Positions 56,629 to 64,000 of a stretch of DNA of 64,000 nt are shown piece by piece. Within the stretch, counting starts at the first letter, position 1. The number at the start of each line of letters is the position of its first letter. The notes under the pieces are model-generated. The model did no database searches. It worked only from the letters and a program-made list of their open reading frames with translations, and was not told where the DNA came from. The position numbers were made by a program, and so were the translations under genes. The stretch is taken from IMG/VR virus record IMGVR_UViG_3300017773_000003; one strand, written 5' to 3'. This DNA comes from an uncultured virus (IMG/VR IMGVR_UViG_3300017773_000003) (Duplodnaviria; Heunggongvirae; Uroviricota; Caudoviricetes).

Positions 56629-57357
56629 ATGGATATTGAGCAAATGCATTTGGCGGTTCAGCAAGGAGTGGATAAGATTAATTCATTCCAAGCTGACACG
56701 CTTTTATCTGAAGAAATAGATTTAGAGCTTAATAAAGCTATTGATAAATTTATTAATCTTAAGTATGGAAAAAATAATCTATATAACAAAGGGTTTGAAG
56801 AATCTCAAAAAAGAATAGATGATTTAAAAGAACTAGTTGTTACTGCAGAATTAGCAAGTACGTATGATAGCATATCTGTAAACAACTCATTTGTTTATAT
56901 ATCTGAAGATTTACCTAAAAATTACAGGTATTTAGTTAAATCATTAGTTACTACTAAATATGAAAGATCTTGCGCGAGTTTATCAAAAAGAGAGCAGCAA
57001 TTAATAGATAAAGTGCCAAATGCGGTTAATAAATTAGGATCTCTTAAAATTGTTCAGCAAGATGATATTCACACATTACTAGGGGATCCATTCAATACAA
57101 CTAAAAAAAGTAAACCTTTAGCTGTTTTTGAAAATGGTAAGTTGTATATGTATACTAATGATATATTTATAATACACAACCTAATATTAACTTACATAAA
57201 AAATCCTTCTAAAGTTTCATTATCTTTGGAGATCAATTGTGAGCTTTCAGAGCACACGCACCAAGAAATAGTAGATATGTCGATTAGTAGCATCTTGGAA
57301 GGTATTTCGGACCCAAGATACAAGACTCAGCAAATCGAGTTAGGTAAAAACGAATAA
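56629..57357 (+). CDS. Head-tail connector / ring protein
   Basis: VDKINS...EEIDLELNKA, GFEESQKRIDDLKEL, YIKNP and CELSEHTHQEIVD are typical of crAss-like ring proteins. Confidence 0.75.
   Translation: MDIEQMHLAVQQGVDKINSFQADTLLSEEIDLELNKAIDKFINLKYGKNNLYNKGFEESQKRIDDLKELVVTAELASTYDSISVNNSFVYISEDLPKNYRYLVKSLVTTKYERSCASLSKREQQLIDKVPNAVNKLGSLKIVQQDDIHTLLGDPFNTTKKSKPLAVFENGKLYMYTNDIFIIHNLILTYIKNPSKVSLSLEINCELSEHTHQEIVDMSISSILEGISDPRYKTQQIELGKNE
57158..57228 (+). promoter_or_regulatory. Internal late promoter: ATGATATATTTATAA ... TATCTTTG (-7)
   Basis: TAnnTTTG at 57221-57228 inside the ring gene, with the same upstream motif 63 nt earlier. It would drive the next structural gene. Confidence 0.55.
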
Positions 57358-57385
57358 AGTTAAAATATATTTATAATTTAAATTT

Positions 57386-58339
57386 TTGTCACATATGAGA
57401 CATGTTATAGTGAGTAAAGACGTCGCAGGACCAGCTGGAACAGCTGCTGCAGGCGCATTAGTTGGAATTGTTCAAGATGCTAACGGACAACCAACTTTAA
57501 TGAATAGAACAACAGCGGCTGCTGCAAAACTAGCAGATTCGCCAGTTAAATTTGGTGTTTTAAAAGAAGCAGCTTCAGTAAGTTTAGCACTTTTAAATGA
57601 AACTCCATGGCTAAAGCCATCGGAAATAGTTGCACAAGGTAATTTTTATCCACGTGCTTATGTAGCTGCACTACCTCAAATTTTTAAGAAAGATTGTACA
57701 GGAGCTGGTACTGAAGGTAAAGCAGCAACAATTAAAATTATCATTGAAGATAATCATTCAATGTTTAATTCTTATTCTTTTGAATTTAAAGCTGGTTCAG
57801 GTGTAGTTGCTACAGCACAAGCAGCTATTGATGCAATTCAAGCTCGTTTAGATAAAGGAGCTTGCCCTGAGATTGCAAGTGTTGCTTTAGCAGCTACTGA
57901 CGAAGTTCACATTACAATGGCAGCTGGTATTCGAGCTACATATATTTTTGATGCACAAGATTCAGGAATAGTTTTAGCTGAAGATTCTTCACAAGCTTTT
58001 GTTTTTGGTCACGGTACTTATGACGAAGTTGTTAAGAAAGAAAAAGAGCAACTTGGTAGAGATGTAGGTAACTACGATCGTTACACAGCATTACCTGCTG
58101 AAGAAGTTCTTAATGCAGAAGTTGGAAAAACTTATAATTCTTATTCATTTACAGCTAAGAATAATGCTGAAGGGCAAATTCGCGGTGTAGATAATATGAG
58201 AAGCTATCAATTATATATTCCTTTTGGAGGAACTTATTTAGATGGTGAAGCTACTAGCGAGCACGGTGGTACTGAAGAAGAATTTCCAGCAATTATGATT
58301 GCATTAGGTGTAACAGCTTACACAGAATTACAAGCATAA
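57386..58339 (+). CDS. Abundant structural protein (auxiliary capsid-like)
   Basis: Ala-rich 317 aa (alternative ATG at 57395), bracketed by its own putative promoter and terminator. Confidence 0.55.
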   Translation: MSHMRHVIVSKDVAGPAGTAAAGALVGIVQDANGQPTLMNRTTAAAAKLADSPVKFGVLKEAASVSLALLNETPWLKPSEIVAQGNFYPRAYVAALPQIFKKDCTGAGTEGKAATIKIIIEDNHSMFNSYSFEFKAGSGVVATAQAAIDAIQARLDKGACPEIASVALAATDEVHITMAAGIRATYIFDAQDSGIVLAEDSSQAFVFGHGTYDEVVKKEKEQLGRDVGNYDRYTALPAEEVLNAEVGKTYNSYSFTAKNNAEGQIRGVDNMRSYQLYIPFGGTYLDGEATSEHGGTEEEFPAIMIALGVTAYTELQA

Positions 58340-58352
58340 TTCTAACTAACAC

Positions 58353-58394
58353 AAAGGATGTAAGGGGACTGGTTCCCCTTATACCCTTTTTTTT
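58353..58394 (+). terminator. Intrinsic terminator
   Basis: GTAAGGGGA-CTGGT-TCCCCTTAT stem with outer AAAGG/CCTTT pairing and a T8 tract. Confidence 0.85.
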
Positions 58395-58405
58395 AAATTC
58401 AACTT

Positions 58406-58909
58406 ATGGCAGTTATAATGAACGCGGCTCCTAGCGGAGATTGTAAAGCAATGATTGTATCCTTTCAAGGATTAAAATCAAACACAAAATATTATGTTGA
58501 TTTAAAGCATGTTGAAACTGGGCAAACTTTTACTCAAGGTCAAGTTCAGCCTGATAGTGACGCTTTTTCTTGGAGTGGACTTACTACTGGAGGAGTATAT
58601 GAAGTTACATTAAAAACTAAAACTTTAACAGGAGAAACATTTGAATTAAAACGCTATGTAGTGTCTACATGTTCTGTAGATAAATGCATGGTACTTTTAA
58701 CTGATCAATTATTAAGCTGTGATTGCACATCACCAGCTTGTTCTGCTTTATTGCAAAAAGCTCAAAAAATATTATTACTAATTAGATCTTCGGAAGCTAC
58801 GGCAGCTAGAATTACTAGACCAGAAGATAATGTGCTAGTTACTGACGCTCAAGCTCAGTACAAAAAAGCTGTACAATTCTGCGATAACGATTGTGATTGC
58901 GGATGTTAA
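58406..58909 (+). CDS. Cys-rich structural (neck/ring-like) protein
   Basis: Ig/FN3-like beta N-terminus and helical C-terminus with C..DKC, CDC and terminal CDNDCDCGC. Confidence 0.6.
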   Translation: MAVIMNAAPSGDCKAMIVSFQGLKSNTKYYVDLKHVETGQTFTQGQVQPDSDAFSWSGLTTGGVYEVTLKTKTLTGETFELKRYVVSTCSVDKCMVLLTDQLLSCDCTSPACSALLQKAQKILLLIRSSEATAARITRPEDNVLVTDAQAQYKKAVQFCDNDCDCGC

Positions 58910-58933
58910 TAACAATATAAAGTAATTTAAATA

Positions 58934-61900
58934 ATGGCTATAGTATTAGCGAAACCTTTTATACATAATACTGGTATAATTGAAGTTCAACCTGGAGATA
59001 GAACTGGTTATGAAAATCCAGTACTTGGTAAAATTTATAAATTTATAATTACTGATAGAGGTAGTGATGTACTATCTTTAGAAACTTTAGGTTTACATAG
59101 ATGCTATAGTTCAGATAACGGCTTACAGCATGTCCGTATAAAAGTTAATGCTGAGTTAGGTTCAAATAAATACGGATGTACAATACTGTATGGTGATGCA
59201 ATATCATCATGGCCATGCACAGACACTGAGCCTGTAGGGGTAAATTCTTATACTGAAATAAAGCAATCAAAAAGCCCTGAAGAACATGTAATAGAAAGTT
59301 CACCAGCTATTCCAAAAGGAACTATTTTAGTTGAGTTAGCGCATGTAGTAGGAACTAGCGTAAGTACAGCAGCTAATTTTACTCCGACTACTTCTGATTA
59401 TTCTGGTTATACTGGAAATAATATACATTCTGCATCTTATGCTAGAGCATGTTCAGATGATTTAGCATTTAACTATGACTCTAGAGCTCCAAGGGGCCCT
59501 TTTACTTATTGCAATTATGATAATATATCTAAATTATCTGATCGGGAAATACAAGCGAGAACAGGACAAGTAGATGATACTGTAACTTATATATCTTTAG
59601 AGTATGCGTTAGTCCCTGGAACTAATGATACATATGTATTTTGGGTTGACATGTCTCCTCAAGTATGGGTAATGTATCAGGCTATTCTTTGGGATATGAC
59701 TTATGAGCAAACAGGGGCTTTAGGAAGTAATTTTAATCTTGAATTATATTCTATAAATGGCCCTACACAAACTTATGGACCAGGAACTCATACAATTTGT
59801 GTTCAAGTAAATACAGGGTATGCAGTATTTATTGATACTGTTACAATCACAGTTGACGCTCAAGTAGATGGTTGTACTGATCCAGAAGCTGCAAATTATA
59901 ACGCAGCCGCTAACAACGATGACGGTTCATGTACATATAAAATTATAGGTTGTACAGATGCTACTGCTACTAATTATGATTCATTAGCTACTAATGCTTG
60001 TGGGAGTGCTTCTGATACTAATTTTTCAGGAGAAGAAGAAAATTTTTGTTGTTTATATAGTGGGTGTATAGATCCTATAGCATTAAATTATAACCCTCAA
60101 GCAAATGTCGATGATGGTTCTTGCCAATATGAAACTGCAGTGTATGGGTGTACGGATGCTAGTGCTTGGAATTATAATCCAAATGCTACTGTAAACGAAA
60201 CAAGTATAACAGACCCAAGAAATCCTTGTATTGATAAGCACTTTGGGTGTATGGACCCAGTAGCTTCAAATTATGAAGAAGAAATAGCTGACGGTGTTAA
60301 TATGCACAAGATTACAGATTGTGATTACGAAGCATGTACTGACGCTAGTGCAACTAATACAAGTACTGGAATAACTGTTGCAAATTACACTAACACTCAA
60401 AATACTGTATCTGGTGTGTATGGGTATTGGCCGCAACCAGCAGGATCAACTTCTACTGTATTAATTTCGTCTTCAGGTAATGATCCAAACGGAGATAGTA
60501 TACCAGACTTAGTTAATAATTCTGACTTGTGTACATACTCAATACCTGTAACAGAGCCTTGCCCTGCTGACAATTGGGATTTAGCTACTAACGTAGGTAC
60601 TTTAGATTATAATTACATTTACGATGCAACACCTCTTAATGATGGTACATTCCAGTTAAATACAGATGCAGGCAAAGCTTGTATTTCTCAGTTAACTCAA
60701 TATACTACAGAAACTTGGGCAGGTATTTCATATAAAAAATATACAGAAGAACGAGTAAGAGTTCAAAGAATAACATGTGATACTACTGAGCTACAATTAC
60801 ATACTCCTAATGTGTATGGAGAAGTAGTTTATAAAACTACAGGATTAACAGATCCTTCTGGAGCTCCTACAGCAACAGCTGGAGGTAATGCTCTAACTAA
60901 CATTTACACTAAAGATAGTGCGCTTGCTATTGCTGATGCTGCGGCTACAGCTGGGTGGGCAGGTACTATTACGTCTACAGTATACTATTATTTTGTTATT
61001 ATTAGTACAGTTGAAGATCCTATATCTGGTATGTTAATAAATACAGATATACCTCAACCTGTAGCAAATTTATTCTCTGGAAATAATATTAGTAAAGTTA
61101 CTTATCATGGAGGTTATTATGAGCCTTCTACTGGTAATTCAAGTTTATTTCAAACAGCAGCTGTAAATACAACAATACTTTCAGGATATAGAGCAGGTAC
61201 AGATCCTAATGGATTAATATATAATAATGCATCATCTAGTTGTGGAGCAGCAGCTTCAGATAAGATGTACAATGTTTATAAAGTAGAAGTAATAGATCCA
61301 TGTGTGTCTGCAACAGTTGACTTTTCTAGTGTGTTTAATTGCTCTGTAATTGGATGTACAGATCAAACAACTACAAACCCTCAAACTGGATTAACAATAA
61401 ATGAAGATAATTATAATTCTAATGCTACTGCATCTAATGTAACTTCTTCAATTACAGGATTAACTGCTGACACTATAGTAGGTTCTTCTTACGAACTAGA
61501 AGGTGGGTGCTATCATTTAGCATGTACTGATTCTAACTATGTAGAATACGATTCTAGCGCAACTGCTGTTACTGATTCTACAAAATGTCTTAATTTAAAA
61601 TCGTTTGGATGTACAGATCCTAACGCATCTAATTATGATCCAAATGCAAATATAAATCAAACTGGGCTAGTTAGTATTATTCCAGGAGATTTTAATAATC
61701 ATACAGGATTATCTGAAGATACTTTTGCAACTTGGAGCAGTGATACTGCCCAGTCATTTAATGGTTGGCTAACTACATCAGGATGGACAGTTAATGCTAA
61801 TGGGTTGGAGTTAAGTCTTGGGCAAAATAATAGCGCTTTAACTTACTTAGCTTTTACAGTTAACCCTAGCTCAACTTATAAATTAGAAATTAATCTTACA

Positions 61901-64000
61901 CATTATAGTGGGCCTAAAAATGCCTTTCTAAAATTTAGCCCTTATTCTGGGGCTGCAGATATTATACCGGCAGGTACAAATAGCACAGCTATAGGAGCGA
62001 TAGTTTCTGGTACTCCTACCGTGTTTACACAAACTAATATATCTTTTAGTGAAAATACATTTGGAATATCTTTTAAGCCTTCTAATAATTCTAATATATT
62101 AGTACATTGGATAAAATTAACTCCAGAAAATAGTTTAGTAGATCCGTGTGTATATAATTTAGAAATACCACCGCTACACGATCATTGTTCTCCAGGACTG
62201 TTTGAAGATGTATATAATTCTGATACTTCTGCGTTTTCTAACGCAATGACAGAGTATGATAATTATGAAAGAAATGTATCACATAATAATGCTAACTATG
62301 GGGCTACTCCTGGATTATTTAATAGTTCTAATATATGTTTAGGAGATTTTTACAGTTTGTACACATCTGAGTCAGCATCTATTCATTCAGGAGCATTTAC
62401 TTTTACATATAATAAAGAGGTTAGCGAAGTTTTTGATAAAACTCTTGTAATTAATTCTTCTAATAAAGTATTATATCTTAACTCTAAAACTTCTACAAAT
62501 TATTATAACTTAAATAATTTTAAACATAACAATTCAAATGTAGGAGGGAATGTAGATAAAGTAGATCCTGTAGGCCTTCAACAAACATTAGATAATTTAA
62601 CTGCTAATGGGTATACAGCAGAAATTACATTATTCGAGAGCTTCCATATTAGATTTGATAAATCTATTAGATTTAAAATAAACCCAGAAAGGTGTGACAC
62701 CCCAAATGCTTGTACAGACAACGAAGAGTGGACTAACGAAAAAGCTTACACTCTTGAAGAAATAGCATCTCTTACAGCTCTTGGGGAGTTTGTGATTGAA
62801 AACAATGAGGCTGACACTTTGTGGACTCGATTTGGATTTAATGGTCTTCCTGACGATACTAGTAATTTTTTAACTGGCCCTCACGCAAACTCATTTATAC
62901 CTGCAGTAGGCACTCCTGAAGCCGCTCAATATCCTGATGGGTATGTATATTCTGATAGTTCTGTGTCTCCGGATTGTGATGCTTCTTTTAAAAGACCTGC
63001 ATATAATGTTCTTAAAGTAGTAAAAGATGTGTATTACGGAGATTGCAGTTTTCACTCAATAAACTTAAGTCCATACATTGAAGATACACCTTCTTCACAA
63101 ATATTAGGTTGTACAGATCCCGCGGCAGCTAATTACAATAGTAATGCTACTGCAAATACTCCTGGGTTTTTAGGCAACACTGAATGTGTTTATTTTGTTA
63201 CTGGACCTACAGGTGGTGATCCAACAATAGATGATACACCAGTTCCAACAGACGGATGCTCATATGATGTTTTGTTACAATTTATAGGAGCAGAAACTGG
63301 CCCTAATTCTAATACCGTTCAAGCTGCTGTAACTATTATTTTATATCAAATATACATTGATGGTTTAGGTCAAACGCAATATGATGAGATAGGTACAATA
63401 GCAGATTGGGAAGCTTGTGAAGACGGTTTTCAAGCAGGAGAAAATGGAATATATTTTGAACAACCTGTTAGTTATGATCCTTTTGATACAACTAGTCAAA
63501 ATGTAATTACTGAATTAATACCTACAGGAGATAACGCAATAGCGGGAGCAACATGGTTAAACGAACAAAATCAAGCTGAGTTTGTAATAGAAATTACACA
63601 ATCTTATCCTGAATTAACTTACGTAGATTCAAATGGAGAAACAGTTACAGGGCTAACACAAACAGTGTCTCACAATTTCTTTATACCATTAGTTGTTGAA
63701 GGGTGTACAGCCGCACTATCTTTTAATTATAATCCAGATGCTACATGTAATGTAGAAGTTGGAGTAGAAGGTCAATGTATACCAGTTATAGAAGGGTGTG
63801 AAGCTGAAGGTAATTTTAATTCAAATAACGGGATTTTAAGCTCTGTAGGAGGAACAGGAAATCCATTAGCAGTTGTAGGGAATCCATTTACAGGCAATAC
63901 TTTGCTAGATGTAAACACTGATAATGGAACGTGTATACCTCTAATTAGCGGATGTATGGATCAAACAGCAACTAATTACAATAACGCTTTAACTGACAAT
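58934..64000 (+). CDS. Giant Cys-repeat fibre/adhesin-like protein, 3'-truncated, not in ORF track
   Basis: ATG at 58934 (MAIVLAKPFIHN...). The frame reads open wherever I checked, through to the window end (1689 codons). Repeated GC(T/M/I)DxxAxNYxxxA units. Confidence 0.8.
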   Translation, partial: MAIVLAKPFIHNTGIIEVQPGDRTGYENPVLGKIYKFIITDRGSDVLSLETLGLHRCYSSDNGLQHVRIKVNAELGSNKYGCTILYGDAISSWPCTDTEPVGVNSYTEIKQSKSPEEHVIESSPAIPKGTILVELAHVVGTSVSTAANFTPTTSDYSGYTGNNIHSASYARACSDDLAFNYDSRAPRGPFTYCNYDNISKLSDREIQARTGQVDDTVTYISLEYALVPGTNDTYVFWVDMSPQVWVMYQAILWDMTYEQTGALGSNFNLELYSINGPTQTYGPGTHTICVQVNTGYAVFIDTVTITVDAQVDGCTDPEAANYNAAANNDDGSCTYKIIGCTDATATNYDSLATNACGSASDTNFSGEEENFCCLYSGCIDPIALNYNPQANVDDGSCQYETAVYGCTDASAWNYNPNATVNETSITDPRNPCIDKHFGCMDPVASNYEEEIADGVNMHKITDCDYEACTDASATNTSTGITVANYTNTQNTVSGVYGYWPQPAGSTSTVLISSSGNDPNGDSIPDLVNNSDLCTYSIPVTEPCPADNWDLATNVGTLDYNYIYDATPLNDGTFQLNTDAGKACISQLTQYTTETWAGISYKKYTEERVRVQRITCDTTELQLHTPNVYGEVVYKTTGLTDPSGAPTATAGGNALTNIYTKDSALAIADAAATAGWAGTITSTVYYYFVIISTVEDPISGMLINTDIPQPVANLFSGNNISKVTYHGGYYEPSTGNSSLFQTAAVNTTILSGYRAGTDPNGLIYNNASSSCGAAASDKMYNVYKVEVIDPCVSATVDFSSVFNCSVIGCTDQTTTNPQTGLTINEDNYNSNATASNVTSSITGLTADTIVGSSYELEGGCYHLACTDSNYVEYDSSATAVTDSTKCLNLKSFGCTDPNASNYDPNANINQTGLVSIIPGDFNNHTGLSEDTFATWSSDTAQSFNGWLTTSGWTVNANGLELSLGQNNSALTYLAFTVNPSSTYKLEINLTHYSGPKNAFLKFSPYSGAADIIPAGTNSTAIGAIVSGTPTVFTQTNISFSENTFGISFKPSNNSNILVHWIKLTPENSLVDPCVYNLEIPPLHDHCSPGLFEDVYNSDTSAFSNAMTEYDNYERNVSHNNANYGATPGLFNSSNICLGDFYSLYTSESASIHSGAFTFTYNKEVSEVFDKTLVINSSNKVLYLNSKTSTNYYNLNNFKHNNSNVGGNVDKVDPVGLQQTLDNLTANGYTAEITLFESFHIRFDKSIRFKINPERCDTPNACTDNEEWTNEKAYTLEEIASLTALGEFVIENNEADTLWTRFGFNGLPDDTSNFLTGPHANSFIPAVGTPEAAQYPDGYVYSDSSVSPDCDASFKRPAYNVLKVVKDVYYGDCSFHSINLSPYIEDTPSSQILGCTDPAAANYNSNATANTPGFLGNTECVYFVTGPTGGDPTIDDTPVPTDGCSYDVLLQFIGAETGPNSNTVQAAVTIILYQIYIDGLGQTQYDEIGTIADWEACEDGFQAGENGIYFEQPVSYDPFDTTSQNVITELIPTGDNAIAGATWLNEQNQAEFVIEITQSYPELTYVDSNGETVTGLTQTVSHNFFIPLVVEGCTAALSFNYNPDATCNVEVGVEGQCIPVIEGCEAEGNFNSNNGILSSVGGTGNPLAVVGNPFTGNTLLDVNTDNGTCIPLISGCMDQTATNYNNALTDN
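59870..63990 (+). repeat. Protein-level repeats GC(T/M/I)DxxAxNY(N/D)xxA(xxDDGSC), about 12-13 copies
   Basis: Copies start near 59870, 59948, 60062, 60146, 60245, 60332, 61352, 61520, 61607, 63107, 63701, 63794 and 63950. Some are degenerate. Confidence 0.85.

Noticed and set aside
1..64000. Stop-codon reassignment (TAG/TGA recoding), known in some crAss-like phages
   Set aside because: Multi-kb ORFs are intact under the standard code, TAG and TGA both end genes at sensible boundaries, and no suppressor tRNA was seen.

Overview
This is a 64 kb segment of an AT-rich crAss-like (Crassvirales-type) phage genome. The host is probably Bacteroidota, because TAnnTTTG -7 promoter elements are present and leaders are A-rich without obvious Shine-Dalgarno sites. 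There are three blocks. (1) 1-22.5 kb (+): giant virion cargo/ejection genes, including a single-chain double-psi beta-barrel virion RNA polymerase (RIP...GADYDIDK). (2) 22.5-44 kb (-): small early genes and a replication/repair module (PolA, separate 5'-3' exonuclease, SF2 helicase, DnaB, primase, SSB, Sak4-like ATPase, resolvase, metallophosphoesterase, rIIA/rIIB-like pair, spore-photoproduct-lyase-like radical SAM enzyme, dATP/dGTP diphosphohydrolase-like protein, DnaA domain-IV protein). (3) 44-64 kb (+): late module (GroES, HU/IHF-like, TerL, portal, scaffold, major capsid, neck/ring proteins) ending in a Cys-repeat protein of at least 1689 codons that runs off the window. The standard genetic code fits, and I saw no introns, inteins, CRISPR arrays, RT or canonical tRNAs. 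The most unusual observations are: a modular protein between portal and scaffold with GG-delimited domains, a peptidoglycan-binding domain and a colicin-M-like DxYDFN motif; an anticodon-less mini-tRNA mimic directly followed by an H-type pseudoknot in an early leader; a ~265 nt structured RNA with loop-loop complementarity ahead of the late genes; a ~310 nt structured spacer that mostly folds better antisense to its operon; and a late-promoter motif exactly 63 nt upstream of the -7 element at three sites. All product calls come from motif recognition by eye, and no searches were run.
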